Both the position numbers and the translations under genes were made by a program. From contig JAKZTB010000167.1 in NCBI GenBank assembly GCA_047517345.1, positions 1 through 48,111 of the forward strand: DNA of 48,111 bases. Reading direction: 5' to 3'. The notes beneath the pieces are model-generated. The model had not been told where the DNA came from, did not search any database, and saw only the letters and a program-made list of their open reading frames with translations. Positions 9,718 through 18,566 of this stretch are shown here, piece by piece; the stretch's first letter is position 1; each line of letters starts with the position of its first letter. Source of the stretch: Alphaproteobacteria bacterium (GTDB lineage: Bacteria; Pseudomonadota; Alphaproteobacteria; UBA8366; GCA-2717185).

Positions 9718-10611
9718 TCAGTTTTTCTTGGCGATCAGCGTAACTTCGTCACGCGCAAACCGACTAGGAGTCCTGCGCAGCGCCATCCAGACACCGCTCA
9801 GCCCGCACGTCAAAAAGCGCGGCTTGCTCAAAACGACCCTCTCGGCGAGCGGGTCGCGGCTGCGGAGCTCGATCACGAGCCGTTCGGCGATACGCAGTAT
9901 GATCGCGGCTTCCATGGCGAACCGGGTGTTCCGAATGAGGGCCGGTAGGCCGCGGGCGGTGGCGAGTAATTCTTCCGTAGCGTCGAGACAGCGATCTAGG
10001 ACCGGCCGAAGCGCCGCGCTCGAAGTGGCTTCGTCCAGCGACGCCGCCGTGGCGCCGGCGTCCCGCATCCAATCGAGAGGCAGATAAACGCGGTCGAGCG
10101 TCCGATAGTCTTCCTGGCAATCCTGCAGATGATTGAGGACCTGCAGGGCGTTGCACAACGCGTCGGATGCCGGATAGGCCTTCTTCGATTCGCCATGCAG
10201 GTCGATCAAATAACGGCCCACCGGCGATGCGGACAACAAGCAGTAACCGATCAATTCCGCCCAATTCGCATAGCGCAGCTTCACCGCATCCTGCTTGAAG
10301 GCCGCGACCAGGTCGACGCAGTGCTGCGCATCGACGTCCGTCGCCGCCATGCTGTCGCGGATGGCATGCGCTTTCGCAAAAGCGGGATCGGCTGTTTCCG
10401 ATCCGCGGACGGCTTGTTCGAAGCCATCCAAGCGCGAAACCTTGTCGTCCGGCGCAAGGTCTGGGTTGTCGGCGATGTCGTCGATCGCCCGGGCATAGGC
10501 GTAGAAGGTCGCAATATGCGGCCGCAACGGTGCCGGCAGCAGCCAGGAGCCGACGGGGAAATTCTCGTCGCCCGCTTGTTTTCCGGAAGGAGTTTCAACC
10601 GCTGTCGTCAA
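9718..10611 (-). CDS. hpnC: Hydroxysqualene synthase
   Basis: DENFPVGSWLL, ARAIDDIAD, SASPVGR, LQVLNHLQDC. TTG start at 10611 preceded by an AGAGG RBS. Confidence 0.92.
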   Translation of the reverse strand: MTTAVETPSGKQAGDENFPVGSWLLPAPLRPHIATFYAYARAIDDIADNPDLAPDDKVSRLDGFEQAVRGSETADPAFAKAHAIRDSMAATDVDAQHCVDLVAAFKQDAVKLRYANWAELIGYCLLSASPVGRYLIDLHGESKKAYPASDALCNALQVLNHLQDCQEDYRTLDRVYLPLDWMRDAGATAASLDEATSSAALRPVLDRCLDATEELLATARGLPALIRNTRFAMEAAIILRIAERLVIELRSRDPLAERVVLSKPRFLTCGLSGVWMALRRTPSRFARDEVTLIAKKN

Positions 10612-10666
10612 GATGCCTCTCTGGTCGACACAATCTAAGAGTCTGGCTCGTAATATGTTGCTGTTT

Positions 10667-11851
10667 TCATTGGCGATTGTCGAGTCGGCTGGTGCGTCGC
10701 GAATAGACGCGGCCTTTCCAGCCGCCGCCGGCACCGAGCCAATATCGCCGCGCCGAATCGATCGTCATACCGGTATACAAAACGGCCGCGATGGGCAAAA
10801 AAAGCGCGACGAAGACGGATTGCCGGTACAGCCGGACCGTGGGCCAGTAAACACCGATCATCAGGATGAGCGCCAAACCGCCGGTGAGGGCTGAAAACGG
10901 ATCGACGCCGACGAAATACCCAAAAACAGCCAGCGGCGGGACGATATAGGTGAGGAACATGCCCAGCACGGTGCCCGCCAGCCGGACCAACGAATAGTCG
11001 AGTTGCGTGTAGGCACTGCGCGCAACCATGTTCCAAACGCCCGCTAGACCGCCGTAAGGACGGGTGCTGTGGGTCTGGGACGATAGCCCGAGCCAGAGCT
11101 TGCCGCCGTGCGTCCCGATCTGCCGTGCCAGCGCGCAGTCGTCGATCAGGGCGTCTCGGATACTCTCCAGCCCGCCGGCGTCATCCAACGCGCTCCGGCG
11201 CACCAGCATGCAGCCGCCCGCAGCGGCGTAGCGTCGGCCTTCATTTACATGGGCGAAGGGATAGAGCAGCTGGAAAAAGAATATGAAGGGCGGAATCAGC
11301 AAGCGTTCCCAAATGCCGTGCATCGCTAGCATGACCATGATCGACGCGAGATCGACGCGATCGCCTTCGGCGCGCACGACCATGCGGCGCAGGTTCGAGG
11401 GTTCATGGGCGATATCCGCATCGGAGAACAAAATATAGCGCGCGTCGGGCGCGACTTGGTCCACCCGCGAGACACCCTGCGCCATGGCCCAGACCTTGCC
11501 CACCCAGCCCGGTTGCATCGGCGCCCCCCGGACCACGACGAGGCGCTCTTCGGCGCCGGCGGCCGCGGCGCGCGCAACGGATTGGGTACCATCATCGCTG
11601 CCGTCGTCGACGAGAACGATCGGGAAAGACATGGGATAATCCTGCGCCAGCAGGGACGCTATCGTGTGGCCGACGACATCGGCTTCGTTGCGCGCCGGCA
11701 CGACCGCGACAATTCCGGGCCAATTCGATTGCGGTTCAACAGCGTCTTCGCCGATACGCTGACCGGCGCGCCAGAAATTTCCGTGAAAAAACGTCAGATA
11801 AATCCAGATGGCAAGCGATAGGCCGGCGAGGATCGACAGAACCATCGCCAT
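10667..11851 (-). CDS. hpnB: Hopene-associated glycosyltransferase (GT2)
   Basis: VVPARNEA, VDDGSDDGT, GWVGKVWA, FSDADI, AAAGGCML, LIDDCALA, WNMVARSAYTQL, WKGR motifs. Confidence 0.92.
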   Translation of the reverse strand: MAMVLSILAGLSLAIWIYLTFFHGNFWRAGQRIGEDAVEPQSNWPGIVAVVPARNEADVVGHTIASLLAQDYPMSFPIVLVDDGSDDGTQSVARAAAAGAEERLVVVRGAPMQPGWVGKVWAMAQGVSRVDQVAPDARYILFSDADIAHEPSNLRRMVVRAEGDRVDLASIMVMLAMHGIWERLLIPPFIFFFQLLYPFAHVNEGRRYAAAGGCMLVRRSALDDAGGLESIRDALIDDCALARQIGTHGGKLWLGLSSQTHSTRPYGGLAGVWNMVARSAYTQLDYSLVRLAGTVLGMFLTYIVPPLAVFGYFVGVDPFSALTGGLALILMIGVYWPTVRLYRQSVFVALFLPIAAVLYTGMTIDSARRYWLGAGGGWKGRVYSRRTSRLDNRQ

Positions 11852-11854
11852 CAA

Positions 11855-12622
11855 TCAGACACGGAAGACATACTCTTTATCCGGTTCGCGTTCGATGTCC
11901 GGCGGATAGCTGCGACGTTTGTCGGCGTAGTACTTCGCGCGGTGATCGCCGGCCGAGCGCCTATTGTAGGTCACATAGAGGACACGGCGCCGCTGCGCCG
12001 TCAGGTTCGGCGCCGATTGATGCGGCGCATAGGAATCGAAAAATACCACATCGCCCGGCGCGGTCGGACAGGGTTCGAACATCATGCCGTCCATATCCAA
12101 TGCGTCGAGAGGCCGCCACTCGTCGCCCACGAGGCCCTTGTCGTGCCAACCCTTAACCATTTCCAAGCAACCGTTCTCAAGCGTTGCCGGGTCGACGCTG
12201 ACCATTGCCGTAATGTAGTAGTCGGCGTACGAATTCCACCCCGCCTGGGCGTCTTGATGCGGCTTGAACCCGTCGCCGCCCGGCATTTTCATGTTGATCT
12301 TTTCCTTAAACAGCACGGCCTCGCTGCCGAATAGCTGCGAAACCAAATCGATCAAAGGACCAGCGGTTGTCAACATTTCAAAACTGTCGTGGAAGGGACA
12401 AAAATTTTCGATCCGCGACACGAGCCTGCCGGCCCCTTCGACAACGCTGTCTTCGTAATAGACCATGTGGCGTCCCGGCGCCTCGGGCCAGCTCAAAATT
12501 TCGTCGGACCACTGCGAAATCGCACCGACAGCCGCACCGTCATACAAACCCCGAACAACGAGATAACCTTGCTGTCGAAAGGTTTCGTTTTGAGCCTGGG
12601 TTAACATCGTTTGTTTTCCCAT
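11855..12622 (-). CDS. Phytanoyl-CoA dioxygenase (PhyH) family Fe(II)/2OG dioxygenase, PhnY*-like
   Basis: HxD...H triad (PHQD...APHQS). LFKEKIN-K-PGG-GF, ENGCL, YVTYN and YYADKR..PP match my recollection of 2-aminoethylphosphonate dioxygenase PhnY*. Confidence 0.8.
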   Translation of the reverse strand: MGKQTMLTQAQNETFRQQGYLVVRGLYDGAAVGAISQWSDEILSWPEAPGRHMVYYEDSVVEGAGRLVSRIENFCPFHDSFEMLTTAGPLIDLVSQLFGSEAVLFKEKINMKMPGGDGFKPHQDAQAGWNSYADYYITAMVSVDPATLENGCLEMVKGWHDKGLVGDEWRPLDALDMDGMMFEPCPTAPGDVVFFDSYAPHQSAPNLTAQRRRVLYVTYNRRSAGDHRAKYYADKRRSYPPDIEREPDKEYVFRV

Positions 12623-12870
12623 TTCACGAATTTGCCGCGAATTCTCACATTCAGGCTTTGTACGCCCCTATCTGGCACGGTGACGTCGTCGCTTCAAGGG
12701 GCCGCGACGATAGGCCTCCTAAGAAAGTTTTCGCGCGCAATCCGAAACGGGCTATCGGATTAGTTGCGCGCAATAGACGACTTTCGAGCGCCGTTTAGAG
12801 TCCGTTAAGGACTCCCGCGCATAATTCAATCTACCGTTGGCCAATTTGCAGTCAAAGAAACCATAACAGT

Positions 12871-14544
12871 ATGAATTCATTGCTAAGTCCCTTAGCCAAC
12901 GCGAGTTCGGAGGACGACTGTCGCAGGATTGTCGATGCGCTCGACGCGCTACGAATTGGCGTTGCCATGTACGACGGTGATGAAAGGCTCACCTACTACA
13001 ACGCACATTTCCAATACATTTTTCCGTCCTTCGGAGCGCTCGGCAGTCTGACGGGCATCGCATTTCGCGATCTGTTGCACTGCAAATTAACCGCGGGAGA
13101 GATTGCCGGCCCCAACGTGGTCACCGATCCAGAAGGCTGGATTGAACGGCGGCTGGCTCGCCGCCGCGACCCCTGTGCCGGGCCGATAGACGAACGGTTG
13201 GCGGACGGCCGCTGGATACGAATCAGCGAACGAACCCTGAAGGACGGCGGGACGATTTCGGTTCATACGGATATCACCGAATCGATGGCCGGCACGCTCG
13301 GATTGCAGGAAGCGGTCGAAGGGGGCGCCGATGCGTTAGCCTTTTGGGACCAAAACGACCGGCTTGTCCTGCGCAACAGCGCGTTCGTCGAGCTGTTCAG
13401 CATTTTCGACGAGGATGTCGTGCCCGGCGTCCGATGCAAATCGATCCTCGACAATGCCGCGCGGCATTTGTTCGAAACGGCGGAAAACGATCCGGAAAAT
13501 TGGAGCGCACAGCGCCACAAGCTCCATCTGTCGCCGCAGCACCAGGAAACCTGGCAACACCGGGACGGGCGCTGGTTCCTTGTCGATGAGCACCGCTCAC
13601 GAGACGGCGGGGTCGTCACCCGCTTGTCCGATGTGAGCTCCATCAAAGAAAACGAACTCGCGATGATCGAACGCGGCACGACGCTGGCGAGCACGGTCCA
13701 TCAACTGGAAATGTCGAAATGGATATTCGAACGTCAGGCGGCCGAGCATGTCGAAGCGCTTGAGGAGCTGGCCCGCACGAAGGCGGCTGTGGAAGAGGCA
13801 AGCGCCAGCCGTTCGCGGTTCTTGAGCGTCGTCAGCCATGAATTGCGGACGCCGATGAACGCGATTATCGGGTTCTCGGAAATCCTGCAAAAGGAGCTTC
13901 TTGGCCCGCTCGGCACCGAGAAATACGTCGAGTACGCAAACGATATTTTTTCCAGCGCCCAGCATCTTTTATCGCTGATCAACGATCTGCTCGATATGTC
14001 GAAAGTGGATGCCGGCAAATGGCGGCTGAAGACGAACAATATCGATGTCGGCGACTTCATTCGGTCCTGTTGCCGTCTGATCGCGGAACAGGCGATAAGC
14101 CGTCGCATGAAGGTCGACATCGATGTCCCGGAAGCGCGAGTCGTTGCGCGCGTCGACGAGCGTGCAATTCGGCAGGTTCTGCTAAATCTTTTATCCAATG
14201 CCATCAAATTCACCGGCGACGGCGGCCAACTGCGCGTTGCCGCCGCGGTGGACGGCGACATGCTGATGGTATCCGTTTCGGACAACGGAGTCGGTATTTC
14301 AGCGGAGGACCAATTGCGAGTCTTCCGTCCCTTCGAGCAAGGCGAAAACAATCTCGACCGGACGCATGAAGGAACCGGACTCGGCCTCGCGCTCTGCAAA
14401 TCCCTGGCCGAGCTGCACCACGGCTATATCGAGCTGGAAAGCGAAGTCGGCCACGGCACAACGATCACTTTTTATATACCCCAAGACACGCGGGACGCGG
14501 ACTTCAGCGAAACCCAAACAGTCCTGCTTGCCGGCACCGGTTAG
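12871..14544 (+). CDS. Cytoplasmic PAS-domain sensor histidine kinase (PleC/DivJ-like HisKA)
   Basis: Two PAS_7-like repeats (ADGRWIRISER; RDGRWFLVDEH), H-box SHELRTPMNAIIGFSE, N-box NLLSNAIKFT, G-boxes DNGVG and GTGLGL. No TM segment. Confidence 0.9.
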   Translation: MNSLLSPLANASSEDDCRRIVDALDALRIGVAMYDGDERLTYYNAHFQYIFPSFGALGSLTGIAFRDLLHCKLTAGEIAGPNVVTDPEGWIERRLARRRDPCAGPIDERLADGRWIRISERTLKDGGTISVHTDITESMAGTLGLQEAVEGGADALAFWDQNDRLVLRNSAFVELFSIFDEDVVPGVRCKSILDNAARHLFETAENDPENWSAQRHKLHLSPQHQETWQHRDGRWFLVDEHRSRDGGVVTRLSDVSSIKENELAMIERGTTLASTVHQLEMSKWIFERQAAEHVEALEELARTKAAVEEASASRSRFLSVVSHELRTPMNAIIGFSEILQKELLGPLGTEKYVEYANDIFSSAQHLLSLINDLLDMSKVDAGKWRLKTNNIDVGDFIRSCCRLIAEQAISRRMKVDIDVPEARVVARVDERAIRQVLLNLLSNAIKFTGDGGQLRVAAAVDGDMLMVSVSDNGVGISAEDQLRVFRPFEQGENNLDRTHEGTGLGLALCKSLAELHHGYIELESEVGHGTTITFYIPQDTRDADFSETQTVLLAGTG

Positions 14545-14548
14545 CGGA

Positions 14549-15040
14549 TCAGGCGCACCGGTAGAGGTGATATCGTCCGGGCTCGACGTCGGATGGCAAT
14601 GGCACCGGGTTAAGCCCTTCGAACCGATCGAGAGATTGATCGCAAATAATCAATCCACCGCGCCGAACCAGCGGCAGGATTTTCGGTCCGAGCGCGACGA
14701 CATTGCGTTCGGTCGCCGCCGCATCGCCGAATCCGATATCCGCATGCGCCAAGGCGGCCGACGGTCCCAGCTTCTCCGCGGCATCGACGAGCGTATCCTG
14801 CATCGGGCCAAGAAAGAGGTGGGCGGCGTCGGGCCGGCAATCCGGATGCGACACCACTTCGCGGTCGAACACATAAATATCGCGATCGGGAAACAGAGAT
14901 CGAAGATGGTCGTAGGTTCGCCCATTGCCGAGGCCTAATTCGAGTATATGCCCCGGCACGCTACGAAGGGCCTCGGCGGCGGCATTCAAGCAGCTACGTT
15001 GCGCCATCAGACGCTTGATGACCGTATCCAGGCGCGTCAT
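14549..15040 (-). CDS. Small class I SAM-dependent methyltransferase (Methyltransf_17-like)
   Basis: ILELGLGNGRTYDHLR SAM-binding motif, FDR, AHADIG. Confidence 0.8.
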   Translation of the reverse strand: MTRLDTVIKRLMAQRSCLNAAAEALRSVPGHILELGLGNGRTYDHLRSLFPDRDIYVFDREVVSHPDCRPDAAHLFLGPMQDTLVDAAEKLGPSAALAHADIGFGDAAATERNVVALGPKILPLVRRGGLIICDQSLDRFEGLNPVPLPSDVEPGRYHLYRCA

Positions 15041-15054
15041 GTCGCCTTCAGCTT

Positions 15055-15226
15055 GGAGCCTGCCCGAGTAGTGCTTATAGATTGCACCGTGTTCTCAAGG
15101 GGTTGGGCTAGGGGGGTGTCGCGTTGCGGCGGCTTGACGATGCCGCCGGCACCGCCGCCGCACCCACGCCCAACACGCGCGCCTCTCCGGTCGATGCAGC
15201 TCATAAGCATTACTCGGACAGGCTCC
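15055..15226. mobile_element. MITE-like inverted-repeat element, family A copy 1 (172 bp)
   Basis: The left end GGAGCCTGCCCGAGTAGTGCTTAT matches the reverse complement of the right end (GGAGCCTGTCCGAGTAATGCTTAT) at 22/24. The right end is followed by TAG. A homologous copy lies at 46787-46939. Confidence 0.75.
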
Positions 15227-15233
15227 TAGGCGG

Positions 15234-15689
15234 TCAGCCCTGTGCTTCCGCTACCGCCTCGCGAAGGCGGGTCGTGGTTTGTTCCAGCCGGTGCGCCAAC
15301 TCGCGCATGATTTCCACCGCGATCTGCGGAAACTCGATCACTAGATTGAAAAACAAGTCCTTGGTAATGCGCAGCGTCGTGAGCTCCGTTTTGGCCCGCA
15401 CGGTCGCGGTGCGCGGAACGTCGCACAATATGGCGATCTCGCCGACGATCTCGTTCTGTTTCAACGTCGCGACGACCAGCGGCCCGCCGGGCGTATTGAC
15501 GACGATATCCGCCTCGCCGCCGATGATGATATAGGCCGAGTCACCGACGTCGCCCTGTTCGAAAAGAACATCCTGTTCCGCGAAGGTCAGCCGTTCGCTG
15601 GTGAACGCCAACAGCTTCAGCTTCGACGGTTCGATCTTTGCGAACAACGGTATATTCCGCAGCAGTTCTACTTCTTCCTGTAGACCCAT
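15234..15689 (-). CDS. Stand-alone cyclic nucleotide-binding domain protein (no HTH)
   Basis: LLRNIPLFA, LFEQGDVGDSAYIIIGG, and phosphate-binding cassette GEIAILCDVPRTATV. About 151 aa. ATG at 15689 with a GGAGG RBS. Confidence 0.9.
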   Translation of the reverse strand: MGLQEEVELLRNIPLFAKIEPSKLKLLAFTSERLTFAEQDVLFEQGDVGDSAYIIIGGEADIVVNTPGGPLVVATLKQNEIVGEIAILCDVPRTATVRAKTELTTLRITKDLFFNLVIEFPQIAVEIMRELAHRLEQTTTRLREAVAEAQG

Positions 15690-15708
15690 GGCGTTTCCTC
15701 CCGCGGCG

Positions 15709-18375
15709 TCAACCTGCTTCCAAGAGCGTCTGGAACTCGCCACCCGCCGCGCTCAGTTCATCATACGTGCCGGTTTCTAGAACACGTCCCGACTTCAGGA
15801 CGATAATCTTATCAAAATGTTGTGCGTCCGACACGCGGTTTAATATCCAAACGATGCCTTTGCCTTGATACATTTTTTTGATATTTTCCATGATCCTGCT
15901 CTGGCTGGCCGGATCAAGGGTCGCCGACGCCTCGTTGAAGATCAACAGGTCGGGCTGGCGCAGCAGACTGCGGGCGATCGCGACCTTCTGCCGCTGGCCC
16001 TGCGACAAGCGGGCGCCGCCAATGCCGGCCTGGAAATCAAGACCCGCCAAGATCACGGTTTCGCGCAGTTCGAGGTCGTCGACGACCTCGCCGATAAGCG
16101 CGCCGACCTTGTTTTCCGCTTGCGCTTGTCCGTAGGACAGCTTGCCGAACAATATGTTGTCCTGCAGCGACGCGGCCGCGTTATAGGATTCGGCGTCGAA
16201 AAAAGCGATGCTTTCACGTAGATCATCGGGCAGGCTTTCGGCAAATGTCCGCCGCGCCTCAAGAATACGCTGCATCATTTGATCGTCGATCAAATCGAGT
16301 CGATGCCGCGCGCGGATGATTTTGAATGGCAGGGACGTGAGTTGCAGGCGATCGTCGGCTGTCAACCCGTCCGGTCCCCGAGCCGCACGGCCGAGAATGG
16401 TTTGGAATTCCGGCAAGTCGTCCGATTCGATAAAGCTGAACTGTTCGAAGAATTCGTGACCCGGCGGTAGATCGGCGAAAAGTTCGAGCATCGTTTGCGC
16501 GACTTGTTTGCCCATTTCGAGGAAATCGTCGCTGAGTCCGACTTTGTTGAGAACCTCCTCGATGAAGGGGTGCTCCGCCAAGCGTTCCAGATCAAAGGTT
16601 TTGTCGACTGGCAGTCCGAACAGAATGTTTTCGGCGACCGACGCGTTGGTGTTAAAGGCGTCGGCGTCGAACGGTTCGATGAGCTGCGCCACGGCTGGAT
16701 CGGCAAAGCGTTCGCGTAGCGCCGCCCGCGCCGTCATGATACGGGCCGCGACTTCCGGTTGCTCCTCGGGGTCTATGACACCGCGCAAGCCGAAACGGTA
16801 TACGTCCTCGTCCAAATCCGCGAGTTTCAATATCTCGATCAGCCGCTGGTGAAGCCCGCTCCTGTCTTCCACTCCAGCCTCGTCGAAATCGACCCAATCC
16901 GCGAGGTAATCGTTTTCGGAATTTCCCGTGATCTTCGCCTCCGCCATTTTCGCCTTGTACGCAAATTCTTCGGAGTCTGGATACTCAGCAGGGCGAACGG
17001 GGCGGTGTTTCAACCCGTACAGTATATTGTCGCCGACCGTGAAGGCCTGCAGACTGGCATTCGAACCGACATAGGCGATCCGGCGACCGGTTGTCGACTC
17101 GGGCATTTGCGTAAGATCGACGCCGCCGATCGTGATGGTGCCGGAAGTCTTCTGGACCAGGCGCGCAAGCACCAGTCCCAAATCCGTCTTGCCGCTGCCG
17201 CCGTCGCCGACAATGGCAACATGCGTGTCCACTGGCGCGTCGAACGAGATACCTTCCAGCGACCGCACGCCGTCTTCATCGGCGAGTCCGGCGTTGCTGA
17301 CGATCAAGTCGCCCTTGATCAGCGAGGGACCGTCCTGCTCCGCATGCTGCAACTCTTCCTCCAGCATGCCGTGGGGCGCGAATTGCTCCGCCACCTGTTC
17401 GTATTTGATGCGCACGTCTTCCTTCTGCTGATACCACATCAACAGTTCCTTCCACGGGCTCGCCAGGTCCTTATACGCGGTCAGCACCGCGACCAGCGCG
17501 CCGACGGTAAGGTCGCCGTTAATGACCAGATAGCCGCCGATGGAAAAGAAGAAAAACGGCGTCAGTTTGTCGATGAAATTATTGAGAAACTTAATAAAGA
17601 ACTTGCGCTTATAAATATCGTACCGAATGTCGTAGATCGTCGAGAGCCGGTCGGTGAAGCGGGATAACTCCAAGTGCGCCGCGTCGTTGGCATGGATCTC
17701 GTTTATACCCGTCACCGTCTCGCCGAGATGGTCGGCCAACCGCCGAACGTTCTGCACCCGCTGCTTGCCGAGCGCATTGACCTTCTTTTGCAGCTTCGGA
17801 ATGACATAGCCCTGCACCGGGATGAGGGCGGCCGCAGCGAGCCCGAGCTTCCAATCCTGCAGCAGGATGTAACCGAGAATTAAAATGAGTTGCCCGCCGA
17901 AAAACATCGGATCGGCGAAAGCGATGCCGATGAAGCCGCCGAGCGGTTCGACTTCCGCCGTGATCATGGGGATTAGCTCGCCTTGGCTGATTTTCTTGAA
18001 ATGCGGCGTGGGGAAACGAAGTAGACGCGTATAGAGTTGATAGCGCAGCCGGCGCAACAAACGCTCGCCGAGACGCCCTTTAAAGACACTGATGTAGTAT
18101 TTGAAACCACCGGTGATGAATACCAGTCCCAGGTAGGTAAAGCTCAGAATGAGAAGATAAGTGACCTGACCTACGTCGACCGGGATCTCGAAGCCGAAAA
18201 TCGGCACGTCGAACGGCCCGTCACCGCCACCGGGCTTGATCGCCCTGTTGACGATAATTTTCGGTAAATCAAGCGTTACGAACAGAAATGGATAAAACGC
18301 TAGGATTACGCCAAGCAAATATAGTTGCTGCGATGCGCTGTATCGCAGTATGAACTTGAATATTGATTTTTTCAT
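15709..18375 (-). CDS. ABC exporter-type fused TMD+NBD protein with large NBD insertion and degenerate motifs
   Basis: N-terminal ABC membrane domain, Walker A GDGGSGKT, signature LSQGQRQ, Walker B LLIFNE. About 400 aa separate Walker A from the signature. Confidence 0.85.
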   Translation of the reverse strand: MKKSIFKFILRYSASQQLYLLGVILAFYPFLFVTLDLPKIIVNRAIKPGGGDGPFDVPIFGFEIPVDVGQVTYLLILSFTYLGLVFITGGFKYYISVFKGRLGERLLRRLRYQLYTRLLRFPTPHFKKISQGELIPMITAEVEPLGGFIGIAFADPMFFGGQLILILGYILLQDWKLGLAAAALIPVQGYVIPKLQKKVNALGKQRVQNVRRLADHLGETVTGINEIHANDAAHLELSRFTDRLSTIYDIRYDIYKRKFFIKFLNNFIDKLTPFFFFSIGGYLVINGDLTVGALVAVLTAYKDLASPWKELLMWYQQKEDVRIKYEQVAEQFAPHGMLEEELQHAEQDGPSLIKGDLIVSNAGLADEDGVRSLEGISFDAPVDTHVAIVGDGGSGKTDLGLVLARLVQKTSGTITIGGVDLTQMPESTTGRRIAYVGSNASLQAFTVGDNILYGLKHRPVRPAEYPDSEEFAYKAKMAEAKITGNSENDYLADWVDFDEAGVEDRSGLHQRLIEILKLADLDEDVYRFGLRGVIDPEEQPEVAARIMTARAALRERFADPAVAQLIEPFDADAFNTNASVAENILFGLPVDKTFDLERLAEHPFIEEVLNKVGLSDDFLEMGKQVAQTMLELFADLPPGHEFFEQFSFIESDDLPEFQTILGRAARGPDGLTADDRLQLTSLPFKIIRARHRLDLIDDQMMQRILEARRTFAESLPDDLRESIAFFDAESYNAAASLQDNILFGKLSYGQAQAENKVGALIGEVVDDLELRETVILAGLDFQAGIGGARLSQGQRQKVAIARSLLRQPDLLIFNEASATLDPASQSRIMENIKKMYQGKGIVWILNRVSDAQHFDKIIVLKSGRVLETGTYDELSAAGGEFQTLLEAG

Positions 18376-18452
18376 AAAACCGCGATGCGCCCCTTGGCTC
18401 CCCCGCCATGTAGCTTACCGTAGCCTCGCATTAGCGTAAACTTCTAGAATAC

Positions 18453-18466
18453 ATGCTTAATAGCAT
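18453..18466. promoter_or_regulatory. Short palindrome ATGCT-N4-AGCAT in AT-rich divergent promoter region
   Basis: Perfect 5-bp-arm inverted repeat within the AT-rich 18376-18566 gap between divergent operons. Function unproven. Confidence 0.25.
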
Positions 18467-18566
18467 AGTAATGATGAACGAATTCTACTCTTTTCGCTTT
18501 TAACGTTTCCATGCAATAGTGCGAATTCGTACAAAAGGGGGCATAACCGTGAAGGGGAAGACGGGG

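Noticed and set aside
15181-15194. 14-nt reverse-complement match between GCCTCTCCGGTCGA (copy 1 interior) and TCGACCGGAGAGGC (copy 2 right end, 46923-46936) as evidence of inversion
   Set aside because: A ~20-nt deletion in the right TIR of copy 2 explains the structure and the 19-nt length difference more simply. It cannot be resolved with two copies.
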